A stretch of DNA of 64,000 nt, from the NCBI GenBank assembly GCA_964424195.1, contig CAYRHT010000004.1:76769-140768 (forward strand), read 5' to 3'. Source of the stretch: an uncultured Gammaproteobacteria bacterium. Lineage in GTDB: Bacteria > Patescibacteriota > Patescibacteriia > UBA1558 > S5-K13. Both the position numbers and the translations under genes were made by a program. Position 1 is the first letter of the stretch; each line of letters begins with the position of its first letter. Under the pieces are notes generated by a model. It was not told the DNA's origin. It was given only the letters and a program-made list of their open reading frames with translations, and did not search any database. Positions 28,643 through 38,500 of the stretch are shown here, piece after piece.

Positions 28643-29692
28643 ATGAAAATGATCTTTCAAAAAGCAGTACTGAGTTTTTTAGAAGAGAACAAGATGAAGC
28701 AAACATATCTTCTTCTCTTAAGTCTCGCGAGAGGTAAGCATGATATCGAAGAATTACATGGTTTACTTCGAGCAAATTGTCGTTTAGATAGAGAAGAGCT
28801 GTCTCTATTAAAGAGGGCTTGGAATAATCTCTATTCAGGTAATCCTCCCCAAGGAGGAATAAGACCTTCAAATGAAACTTGTCGAGAAATGTTTGAGAAA
28901 TGTTGTCCAGAGAAAGGATTAACAAAACATTATTTTAAGAAATTGATAGAGAATAGTATTTCTAGAGAGAGAAATCATCAGTATGGTAATCTTTATGCTT
29001 CTCATGTACCTGTCTATTTTTTTAAATTAACTTTCTTTCGTGAATTTATCAGTCTGAAATTATTTGATCAAAAATTCAAAGTACAATTTGATATTTTAGA
29101 TGATGAATTAGTGATTCAATTAATAATTTCTCAAGAAAAACTAACAGAGAAAGTAACTCATCAATTAATAAGTGAAATACCAGATTATTTTTGGGATCAT
29201 TACAAAATGACTTCTTCTAATACCTTTCTTAAATTTATATATTCAGTGAAATTATCTGAGCATAATAAACTTAAGAATATTATCCGCAGAGAGAAAGGGG
29301 AGGTAAAAAAAGATATTTATCTTGTCTCTGGTCATTGGGAATTTGTTTACTTCTTGCAAAATGTTTTGAAAGAAATTGGACTACCGATTACTGAAATTTT
29401 ATTTTCTTTTCCCGATACCTATACTTTTGTTAAAAAGTGTATCTTAGAGCTTGGTCCGAAAAATAATATGGAATTACCGGGTGGTAAAATTTTAGAATGC
29501 AAACAATTGGGTGCTGTGGATGGCGAACATGAAATTGATATCTATGCTCCGAAATATGAGATACCAACAAAGAAATTGAAGGAATGCATTCGTTCTTTAG
29601 TAGATGATGGTAAATCAATAGTTATTGCTTCTGGTAATGATGAAGATTATGAGGAATTGAGATGGACATTGTTAGATAAAATATCTGATTAG
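28643..29692 (+). CDS. Hypothetical protein, 349 aa
   Basis: AAGGAGG RBS, long ORF, own terminator; no recognised motif. Confidence 0.8.
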   Translation: MKMIFQKAVLSFLEENKMKQTYLLLLSLARGKHDIEELHGLLRANCRLDREELSLLKRAWNNLYSGNPPQGGIRPSNETCREMFEKCCPEKGLTKHYFKKLIENSISRERNHQYGNLYASHVPVYFFKLTFFREFISLKLFDQKFKVQFDILDDELVIQLIISQEKLTEKVTHQLISEIPDYFWDHYKMTSSNTFLKFIYSVKLSEHNKLKNIIRREKGEVKKDIYLVSGHWEFVYFLQNVLKEIGLPITEILFSFPDTYTFVKKCILELGPKNNMELPGGKILECKQLGAVDGEHEIDIYAPKYEIPTKKLKECIRSLVDDGKSIVIASGNDEDYEELRWTLLDKISD

Positions 29693-29713
29693 TGTTCAAA
29701 AGTAATTAATATT

Positions 29714-29746
29714 TGGAACCGATTAAGTTAGTCGGTTCCATTTTTT
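29714..29746 (+). terminator. Intrinsic terminator
   Basis: tggaaccgatta-agt-tagtcggttcca plus TTTTTT. Confidence 0.88.
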
Positions 29747-29823
29747 ATTTCTTAAATTTTATTGACTAATTTACATTAATGAACTAAGTTAGGAAAAGAA
29801 TAAATAAAAAAATAGGAGGATAT

Positions 29824-30807
29824 ATGAAAACAATTATTGTTGGTGCTGTGGGAAGATGGGGATATGGCATCCTTCATCTAGTAAAGAAATTTTCTAAAAT
29901 TATCGCTGTTGATTTTAGTAAAGATGTTCAAACTTTAATGCAAGATGAAGCAGTTTTGTATTGCGTTCAGAAACTAAGCCAGCTCCAGAGAGCTAATATT
30001 GATTATAATGCGGAATTAATGATTATTGCTATTCCTGGACAATACTTTCGTAAGTTTTTAAAAGATAATATTGATTTTCTAAAAGCCTATTCAGGTATTG
30101 TAGTTTTACAGATGAAGGCTTTGGAAGTTGGAACTGGCAAGACTTTAACTGAGATTTGGGATGAAATTATTGGTACTAATCGTAGAGTTGTCTTAGTCGG
30201 ACCAGTTCATTCTGAGTACCTTGTTGAAGGTAAACCAGTTTCTATGGTTTTGTTAGCTGAAAAAGAAAATCAAGATGTTATTGATCAAGTATTAGAACTG
30301 TACAAACACCCTTCTTTAAAGTTAAGAATTCAGCATGATGTCCAAGGAGGTCAAATAGGTTCATCTTTAAAGAATCCAGTGGGAATAATGGTTGGTGTGG
30401 CAATTGGTTCAGGATATGAATCTTTAGTGGGCGACTTAATTACCCGATCTTTAAAAGAAGTTAGTGAAGTAATTGTTCTGAAAGGTGGTCAGAAAGAAAC
30501 TGCCTATGGACTTTCTCATTTAGGAGATTATGCTGCCACTGCTTTTTGTGATTTAAGTCATAATCGGAAATACGGAGAATTTTTAGCTACTGGCAGTGGT
30601 AAATGGCGAGGAGGTTTAGTAGAGGGTATTAAAACTACTGGAGCTTTTTGGTCTTCGGTGAGTGATATTGAGTCAGTTGAAAAATCAACTACTAGTAATT
30701 CTCGATTTCCATTATTTAGAGCTCTCTATGGAATCTTGTTTGAAGGATATGATATTGAAGATTCTATTAAAGCATTGCGCGCTAGAGAAATAAAAGAAGA
30801 ATTTTAA
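29824..30807 (+). CDS. gpsA: NAD(P)H-dependent glycerol-3-phosphate dehydrogenase, divergent
   Basis: Rossmann-like GAVGRWG, KALE, GP, LKNPVGI..G, YGLSHLGDY..T, SHNRKYG, VEG. Confidence 0.82.
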   Translation: MKTIIVGAVGRWGYGILHLVKKFSKIIAVDFSKDVQTLMQDEAVLYCVQKLSQLQRANIDYNAELMIIAIPGQYFRKFLKDNIDFLKAYSGIVVLQMKALEVGTGKTLTEIWDEIIGTNRRVVLVGPVHSEYLVEGKPVSMVLLAEKENQDVIDQVLELYKHPSLKLRIQHDVQGGQIGSSLKNPVGIMVGVAIGSGYESLVGDLITRSLKEVSEVIVLKGGQKETAYGLSHLGDYAATAFCDLSHNRKYGEFLATGSGKWRGGLVEGIKTTGAFWSSVSDIESVEKSTTSNSRFPLFRALYGILFEGYDIEDSIKALRAREIKEEF

Positions 30808-30813
30808 GAAAGT

Positions 30814-30843
30814 GATGGTCTCTTACTTAGGGACCATCTTTTT
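30814..30843 (+). terminator. Intrinsic terminator after gpsA
   Basis: gatggtctct-tactt-agggaccatc plus T run. Confidence 0.8.
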
Positions 30844-30949
30844 ATTTGATTTTATTTAAAATATGTGTTAATATATCTATACTTTTAGCTAAAAAAGCCC
30901 ATGGAATAGGCTTGAAATAGGTATTTTTAGAACAATAATATTTAATAGA

Positions 30950-31717
30950 ATGGTAGAAGAAAAAGGTCCAAAGATTGAAGAAGAAGTAATTAAAGAAGAT
31001 TCTTTAGTATCTAAAAAAAGTTTTTGGAAATCATTTTTTGGTTTTATCACTGATGGAATAAAGGTTATCTTTTCTTTGTTTTTTATTTCTAATTCAGCAA
31101 AACCACTTACTAGTGAAGAGCTTAAGCCTTTAACACCTAAAACTAGCTTTTGGAAGTCTGCTCTTAGTTTTAGTTTAGAGATCTTAAAGACAGTTATTAT
31201 TTCTCTAGCTATTATTCTGCCAATTAGATATTTTGTAATTCAACCTTTCATGGTTGATGGAGCTTCAATGGAACCTAACTTTTACAATAAACAATACTTA
31301 GTGATTAATGAAATTTCATATCGTTTTCAAGAACCTAGTAGAGGAGAAGTAGTAGTTTTCAAGAATCCTCAAAATACAAAAGAATACTATATTAAAAGAA
31401 TTATTGCTTTACCAGGTGAAACTGTGAAAGTAGAGGGTGGAGAAATATATGTTCAAGAGATTGCTAAAGATGATTTTGTTCAAATTAAAGAGTTTGATTA
31501 TTTACCAGAAGATACTAAGACTTTTGGGAATATTCAGAATTTAGAATTGGGAAATGATGAATATTTTGTTTTAGGAGATAATCGGAAGAATTCTAAGGAT
31601 TCTAGAATATTAGGACCAATAAAGAGAGAGTTAATTACTGGTAAAGTTTGGGTGAGAGGTTTTCCTTTTAAAGAAGCTCAAATATTTAATTTTTCAGAAT
31701 ATGATTACGGATTGTAA
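30950..31717 (+). CDS. lepB: Signal peptidase I
   Basis: VDGASMEPNF (catalytic Ser), YIKRIIALPGE (Lys), GDNR.NS.DSR. Confidence 0.96.
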   Translation: MVEEKGPKIEEEVIKEDSLVSKKSFWKSFFGFITDGIKVIFSLFFISNSAKPLTSEELKPLTPKTSFWKSALSFSLEILKTVIISLAIILPIRYFVIQPFMVDGASMEPNFYNKQYLVINEISYRFQEPSRGEVVVFKNPQNTKEYYIKRIIALPGETVKVEGGEIYVQEIAKDDFVQIKEFDYLPEDTKTFGNIQNLELGNDEYFVLGDNRKNSKDSRILGPIKRELITGKVWVRGFPFKEAQIFNFSEYDYGL

Positions 31718-31738
31718 ATTTATAATTTAAATAATATT

Positions 31739-33115
31739 ATGGCCAAAAAGCCAGTTAAAAAAACAACTAAAGCTAAGCCTAAAGCAAAGAGTCCTACTAA
31801 GTCAAAGAAAAGAAAATTTTCTTTGGTTAAGGGTTTTAAAGATATCCTGCCAGTAGATCAAATGTATTGGAATTTTGTAAGAGAGAAGTTTACTAGTATT
31901 TCTCATTCTTATGGTTTTCAAAGAATAGATATTCCAATTGTTGAAGAAACAGGTTTGTTTGCTCGAGGAATTGGAGAAGAAACAGATGTAGTTTCTAAAG
32001 AAATGTTTTCTTTTAAAACTTTAGGAAAAGAAGAAGTAAGTTTAAGACCAGAAGGAACAGCTGGTGTTGTTCGAGCATATATTGAACATGGAATGTTGAA
32101 TAAGCCAAAGCCAGTGAAAGTATACTATACTGGTCCAATGTTTAGATATGATCGTCCTCAAGCTGGTCGTTATCGACAATTCTATCAATTTGGTTTAGAA
32201 GCTATTGGAGATGATGATCCAATTATTGATGCTCAGCTAATATATCTATGTAAACAAATGTATAGTGATATTGGTATTCCAGTCGAGATACAGATTAATA
32301 GTATTGGTTGTAAAAAATGTAGAAAAGCATATATTAAAGTATTAAAGAATTATTTAAAGAAAAATAGAAATAAGCTTTGTACTAATTGTAAGAATCGTTA
32401 TTTGAAAAATCCTCTACGAGTATTAGATTGTAAGGAAAAGAAATGTAAAGAAGTAGTAGTAGATGCTCCGCAGATAGTTGATCACTTATGTGAAGACTGT
32501 AATAATCATTTTGTAAAAGTCTTAGAATATTTAGAAGATGCAGAAACACCTTATGTTTTAAATCCTTTTATTGTTCGAGGTTTAGATTATTACAATAGAA
32601 CAACTTTTGAAGTATTTCCTCAGGGAGATGAAGGAAGTCAAAGTGCTTTGGCTGGAGGAGGTCGTTATGATACTCTAATCAAAACTCTTTGTGGTCAAGA
32701 AACTCCAGCAATTGGTTTGGCTATTGGAATGGAAAGAACCATTGCTAAGCTAAGAGAAAAAGAAGAAACTCCAGGAGTAAAGAAAAACAAAGAAATTGTT
32801 AAAAGTAATCGTTGTGATATTTTTGTGGCTCAGTTAGGAGAACAAGCTCGAAAGAAAGCTTTAGTTCTATTTGAAGACTTAAGAAAAGCTGGATTCAATG
32901 TTGGAGAAAGTCTTTCTAAGTCAGCATTAAAAGCTCAGCTAGAAGCTTCGAATAGAAAGAAGGCTAAGTTGAGTATTATTATTGGTCAAAAGGAAATATT
33001 GGATAAAACAATTTTAATTAGAGATATGGAAAGTGGAAATCAAGAAATTGTTCCGGAAGATCAAATATTAAAAGTATTAAAAAGAAGGTTACATAGTTTA
33101 AATATAAAAAAATAA
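31739..33115 (+). CDS. hisS: Histidine--tRNA ligase
   Basis: LRPEGTA, FRYDRPQAGRYRQF.Q, VRGLDYY, GGGRYD. Confidence 0.98.
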   Translation: MAKKPVKKTTKAKPKAKSPTKSKKRKFSLVKGFKDILPVDQMYWNFVREKFTSISHSYGFQRIDIPIVEETGLFARGIGEETDVVSKEMFSFKTLGKEEVSLRPEGTAGVVRAYIEHGMLNKPKPVKVYYTGPMFRYDRPQAGRYRQFYQFGLEAIGDDDPIIDAQLIYLCKQMYSDIGIPVEIQINSIGCKKCRKAYIKVLKNYLKKNRNKLCTNCKNRYLKNPLRVLDCKEKKCKEVVVDAPQIVDHLCEDCNNHFVKVLEYLEDAETPYVLNPFIVRGLDYYNRTTFEVFPQGDEGSQSALAGGGRYDTLIKTLCGQETPAIGLAIGMERTIAKLREKEETPGVKKNKEIVKSNRCDIFVAQLGEQARKKALVLFEDLRKAGFNVGESLSKSALKAQLEASNRKKAKLSIIIGQKEILDKTILIRDMESGNQEIVPEDQILKVLKRRLHSLNIKK

Positions 33116-33156
33116 TCAAGTTTAACTTGAAAACATAAAGAAAGGAAGTGAATCCA

Positions 33157-33375
33157 ATGGTAGAAGTAAAAAACAAAGGTAATGAACCATTTGAAAGATT
33201 ATTAAGAAGATTTACAAAGAAAATAATTCAAAGTGGTAAGTTGCTTCAAGCTCGAAAAGTTAGATTTAAGAAGAAAGCTAAGACTAAAAGAGAGTATAAA
33301 GAAGCATCTACATATAAAAGAAATATGCAGGATGAGAGAGATTATCTTAGAAAAATTGGTAAACTAGAAGATTAA
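33157..33375 (+). CDS. rpsU: 30S ribosomal protein S21; start reassigned to ATG 33157
   Basis: EPFERLLRRFTKKI..SG.L; followed by yqeY as is typical; SD-like AAGGAAGTGA upstream. Confidence 0.85.
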   Translation: MVEVKNKGNEPFERLLRRFTKKIIQSGKLLQARKVRFKKKAKTKREYKEASTYKRNMQDERDYLRKIGKLED

Positions 33376-33412
33376 AAACAAGTTCCTCATTTAATTATTA
33401 TAAAGCAAATAA

Positions 33413-33859
33413 ATGAGTTTAAAGGAAACAATTGATAAAGATTTAATTTCAGCACTGAAATCAAGAGATGAAAAGGTGGTGTTAGTTTTAAGGTCGCTGA
33501 AGAATTCTTTGAACAATAAAGAAAAAGAAGAAAAGAAAGATTTAAATGATCAAGAAATAATTAAAATCCTCCTATCAGAATCTAAAAAGCGGAAAGATAG
33601 TATTGAACAATTCAAAAAAGGTGGGCGAGAAGATTTAGTAGTCCAAGAAACTAAAGAAGTAGAAATTATTCAAAAGTATCTTCCAGAAATGAAGTCGGAA
33701 GAAGAGACAAAAAGCATAGTTTGTGATATAATAAAGTCAGAAGACATTGAGAAATCAATGAGTAATTTTGGGCAAGTCATGAAATCTGCTATGCAGAAAT
33801 TAGATGGTCAAGCCGAAGGAAATATAGTTTCCAAAGTTGTTAAAGAAGAATTAAATTAG
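33413..33859 (+). CDS. yqeY: GatB/YqeY domain protein
   Basis: MSLKE.I..DL..ALKS, KKRKDSIEQF..GGREDL, YLPE, GQVMK. Confidence 0.93.
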   Translation: MSLKETIDKDLISALKSRDEKVVLVLRSLKNSLNNKEKEEKKDLNDQEIIKILLSESKKRKDSIEQFKKGGREDLVVQETKEVEIIQKYLPEMKSEEETKSIVCDIIKSEDIEKSMSNFGQVMKSAMQKLDGQAEGNIVSKVVKEELN

Positions 33860-33888
33860 AGAAAACAAAAATAAATAAGTTTAAATTA

Positions 33889-35496
33889 ATGTTTTTGTCA
33901 AAAAACAATAAAGTTAATTTTAAAGTAACTGTTGCCAGTTTAGTTTTGGTATCAACAGTTATTTTTTTTATACCTTTAATTTCATCAGCTCAAATATTAG
34001 TTCCTCAAGTTGCTAATCTAGGAACAGCAGATATTAAAACAATGGCTGGAACACTTATTCAAGTATTCCTAGGTCTTTTAGGTTTAATTGCTTTAGTGAT
34101 AATTATTTATGGTGGATATGTTTGGATGACTTCTGGTGGTAATGAAGAAAAAGTTACTCAAGCTAAGAAAATATTAACATCAGCAGTGATTGGCATTATA
34201 ATTATTATGACTTCCTATGTTATAACTAGTTTTATATTAGAATCTGTTCAAAATAATTCTGGTAATAATGGTTCTAATAATCCGAATGGTAACAACATTA
34301 GTACTGGTTTAGGAAGCGGGGCTTTAGGAGGTGGTTTAATTGAATATCACTATCCAGAAAGAGATGCTGACGATGTTCCTCGAAATACTATGATTATGAT
34401 TACTTTTAAAACACCAATAGCTTTAGAGAGTGTTATTGATGGTAATTTTGGAAATGATGCTACTTGTGATCCTTATATCACAGAAGAAGGAATTGAGTGT
34501 GGAAAGTTAAGTGAAAAGATTCAAATTTTAGATAATGGATTTTTAAGAGATAATGAAATGATTATTGCTGTTTTAACTGCAGATGCTCAAAGAGTTTTAA
34601 TTAAACCAATAGAGGCTCTAGGAAATGAAGATTCAAATACTAATACTACTATTCGTTTAGCTTCTGATATGGAAAGTGTCGAAGGACAGACCTTATTTCC
34701 AGGATTAGAAAATGGTTATAGTTGGCAATTTGAAATTAGTACCTTTCTAGATTTAACTCCTCCAGAAGTTACTTTTGTTTGGCCAGCTCAAGATGATATA
34801 GTAGCTCGAAATGCAATTGTGCAAATTAATTTTTCAGAACCAATAAACATTTTAAGTGTTGATGGTAATATTCTTATTCAAGATGATGATAATTTAACAG
34901 GTGAGCTAAAAATTAGTAATCAATATCGAACTGTAGAATTTTTATCAGATGGAGACTGTGGTGGAGTAAATATCAATTCTTGTGGTGAGAAGGTTTTCTG
35001 TTTACCAGCTACTTCTTTAATTAGAGGAGTTGTTGATAATATTGGTGATGCTTCGGGAAATATTATGTCCGAAGAATATCTTTGGACTTTTAGCACTAGT
35101 AATGAAGTAAATACTACTGCTCCAGAAATTACTAATGTTTCTCCAAGTACAATTAATGTTCAAATCAATCCTAATCCTCAAATTTCAGCAATTTTTGATA
35201 AAGTTATTAGTCCGAGTTCTTTAAATACGGATAATTTTTATATCTATAATAATAGTGCTTGTGATGGAGAAGAATATGAAGATCAAGAAGGAAAGAGTCG
35301 AATCAATAATATTTGTTTGCCATCCTATTCAGTTTTTGCGAACGAAGATAATCATAGATGTAATATTAAATTGTATGCACCATACTTAGATCAATTTTCT
35401 AATTATCGTCCTCGTTTAACTTCAGAAATTAAAGATTCTTATGGAAATTGTTTTAATAGTGCTATTGGACCAGGTGGTAGTGGACAACAAAATTAG
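33889..35496 (+). CDS. Surface protein: VirB2/TrbC-like (CPR) pilin domain plus Ig-like (SbsA/Big_5-like) domains
   Basis: Signal peptide, two-TM module IIYGGYVWMTSGGNEEKVTQAKKILTSAVIG, repeats of P....V.RN..I.I.FS.P and W.F.T. Confidence 0.8.
   Translation: MFLSKNNKVNFKVTVASLVLVSTVIFFIPLISSAQILVPQVANLGTADIKTMAGTLIQVFLGLLGLIALVIIIYGGYVWMTSGGNEEKVTQAKKILTSAVIGIIIIMTSYVITSFILESVQNNSGNNGSNNPNGNNISTGLGSGALGGGLIEYHYPERDADDVPRNTMIMITFKTPIALESVIDGNFGNDATCDPYITEEGIECGKLSEKIQILDNGFLRDNEMIIAVLTADAQRVLIKPIEALGNEDSNTNTTIRLASDMESVEGQTLFPGLENGYSWQFEISTFLDLTPPEVTFVWPAQDDIVARNAIVQINFSEPINILSVDGNILIQDDDNLTGELKISNQYRTVEFLSDGDCGGVNINSCGEKVFCLPATSLIRGVVDNIGDASGNIMSEEYLWTFSTSNEVNTTAPEITNVSPSTINVQINPNPQISAIFDKVISPSSLNTDNFYIYNNSACDGEEYEDQEGKSRINNICLPSYSVFANEDNHRCNIKLYAPYLDQFSNYRPRLTSEIKDSYGNCFNSAIGPGGSGQQN
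33988..34241 (+). repeat. Pilin-domain coding segment, copy 1 (copy 2 at 35607-35860)
   Basis: Colinear ungapped nucleotide similarity at offset 1619. Confidence 0.9.
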
Positions 35497-35525
35497 ATTA
35501 ATATATATATTAAATTTTTAAATTA

Positions 35526-38500
35526 ATGATCAAGAAGAAAAAGAATATATTTAGATTATTAACCCTTTCGATGATAGGTATTTTTGCTTTACCTTTAGTT
35601 TCTTTTGCTCAAATATTAGTTCCGCAGGTTGCTGGTTTAGGAACAGCAGATATTAAAACAGTAGCTGGAACACTTATTCAAGTATTCTTAGGTCTCTTAG
35701 GTTTAATTGCTTTAGTAATTGTTTTAGTCGCTGGTTTTAAATGGATGACTTCTGGTGGTAATGAAGAAAAAGTGTCAGAAGCTAAGAAAATGTTAATAGC
35801 AGGAGTAATTGGTCTAGTAATTATTATGGCTTCTTATGTAATAACTAGTTTTATATTAGATAGTATTCAGGGAGCTATAGATGGTCCAGGAGAAGATGAT
35901 CAAACTTGTTCAGTTGGAGTCTGTTATACTTGTAATCGATGTGATTCTGATGGTGATTTAATCTACGACAATACTTGTCCGGGGTGTAATAATTCAATAG
36001 CTGATTTTAATTTTAGAACAAATTGGTATAGTCCTCAGAGCAATAATGTTTCACTTTGTTCAATGATTCAAATTAAGTTTAATGCTAATCTAGATCAAGA
36101 TTATTTTAATGATAATATTAAGCCTGGTTCAACACCAATTGGAACCAGTCAATCTCAAAGTCTCTTTCATTTTTATGAATGTTTAGAATATGCTGATAAT
36201 CAGTGTGTTAAAGTAAGCGATGATTTAGTAGAAAATAGTTCTCAATTTACAATTAATGAAAATATTTTACAATTTAGATTAGGGGAAGATTATGCGGAAG
36301 ATACTTATTATGTTGTTGATTTACCTTTGAAGGGCATTAAGCAAGAAGGAGAGAGTAAGTATTTAAGTAATAATTTAACCTGGACTTTTAAAACTGGAAA
36401 AGAAACAGATATTAATCCACCAACAGTCATTAATGTTTTTCCAGGACCAGAAGGAGAGGTTTGTTTAAATTCTTATATCGAGATTGAATTTTCTGAGGAT
36501 ATGGATTTGAATTCCTTAAAAGACCTAGAAGCTTTCCGTTTATATGAAAATATACCAGATAATTTAAGTGATATAGAGTTTTTACATAGTGTTCAGAATG
36601 ATAAGTTAATTGTTCATCCAGATCGGAATTATAATTTAAATCATAATTACTTCCCAGTATTAAATGGGGATGTTATTAAAGATACTTGTGGTAATTTACT
36701 AGATGGTGATTTTGATGGAAAATCAGAATATGCTCCAACAGATGATTATCCAACTAATGGTCCTAGTGTTGCTTGGAATTTTAAAACTGGAGAAAATGAA
36801 TATTGTCAGCCTCAGATTACTGGAGTAACTTCTGAAACATATTATGATGATGATTCACCTTTAACTATAACTGGTCATTATTTATCAGGCGGAACTACTT
36901 TGGTTTTTAATGATGATCTTGTAATTGATGAAAACAGTAATCTATGTTTAAACGATTCCTATTGGCCAGATGATTTATGTGCTGCTGGAACCTGGGAAGT
37001 CAATGAAATAAATACCTTTATTCCAGCTGATGGAGGAGATAGTTTTGGAGTAATAGCTGAGAAACCTTCTATTAAAATTCAAACAGATCAGGGTTCAACA
37101 GAGGAAAACTTTGCTTTATTAAGTCCAAGAATAGTTAAAATATCACCAGACAGAGGTGGTAAAGGACAATATATTAGTGTTCTAGGTAATAATTTTGATG
37201 AATTTCAGGATATTAATTTTGCAGAATCTAAAATCTTTTTTAGATCAGAAAGTGATGAATATTTAGAAGCTGATTTACCATGTGATAAAGAAGGATGGAA
37301 AAATAATTCTATTGTTATAACTGCACCAGAAGGACTGGAAGTTAATAGTTCTTACAGAATTCAAATTAAAAAAGTTTTAGTAAATGATGTCGAATACTGG
37401 AGTAATTTAGGAGATTATTATTATAATGAAGAAGATGCTGGTCCAGGTTTATGTTCTATTAACAAAGAGACTATTGAATATGAAGACGAGTTTATTTTAG
37501 ACGGTTTTAAATTAGGAGATTCTAATATAGAGAGAAGAGTTGTTTTAGGAGATGACTATAATTCTACTTCAGCACCAACAATTAATTGGGGAGATCCAGT
37601 AGATGGACAAGATACTAGAGTTGTAGCTCAAGCGCCTAATCTAGCTAGTGCTGATGATATTGGTGTTCGAGTAGCAGTAGAAATAGATGGTGAATTAAGA
37701 TTTAGTAATTATTTAAATGTAGATGTTCTGTCTGATTTTTCAGATCAATTTTATATAAGTTATATTTCTCCAGAAGTAGCTTCAGTAGGTGAGTATATTA
37801 CTATCTATGGTTCAGGATTTGGTAATAGTCAAGGAGATCAAACAGTTAGATTTTATAACAATACATTCACTTGGCCAGAAGGAGATTTTAATTTTCCAGA
37901 AGCTTGCTCTAGTGTTTACTGGCAGGATGATCAGATCATTGTTAAAGTACCAGAAATATTTACTACTCTTCCTTTTGAGTCTCAGATTAAAGTTGTTAAT
38001 GATCAAATTGAAACTGCTGCAGTTGCAGTAGAAATTGATGATGAAGATCCTGCTCCTTCAATTTGTAGTGTTAATCCAGAACTTGGAACTTTGGGAGATG
38101 AATTAGAAATTATTGGGGAATATTTAAATGATGTTGATTGGCTTACCTTTGCTTATGAAACAGATGATGCTTTGGATATTAGACCAAATAGTACTAATAA
38201 AGGTGTAGTTGAAGTTAGTGTTCCAGAAACTAATACTGGTTTAATCTCTGCTCATAATACTAGCGGTTATGGAAATACTTGGAATTTTGAATATCAAAAA
38301 GTAGAAGAAGGTCCAGCAGAAGAATGGGATTTCTATGGTTGGGAGTTTACTACTTGTACTCAATGTGAGAGTCCGCGAGTCAGAGTTCAATCTTGTGATG
38401 CTGAACTTAAGTTTTCACCTTCACCTGCTCCAGGGAATAAATTTGTACCTTTAGGTTCTAATGTTTATATCGAATTTGAATATCAAGATGAAGATCCTGC

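Noticed and set aside
28420-29770. Similar strings after two terminators (ttttttgtttcttaa..ttgacaaat and ttttttatttcttaa..ttgactaat) as a target-site duplication around the 349-aa gene
   Set aside because: The match is short and AT-rich and largely explained by a terminator T-tract followed by a -35 box; too weak to call alone.
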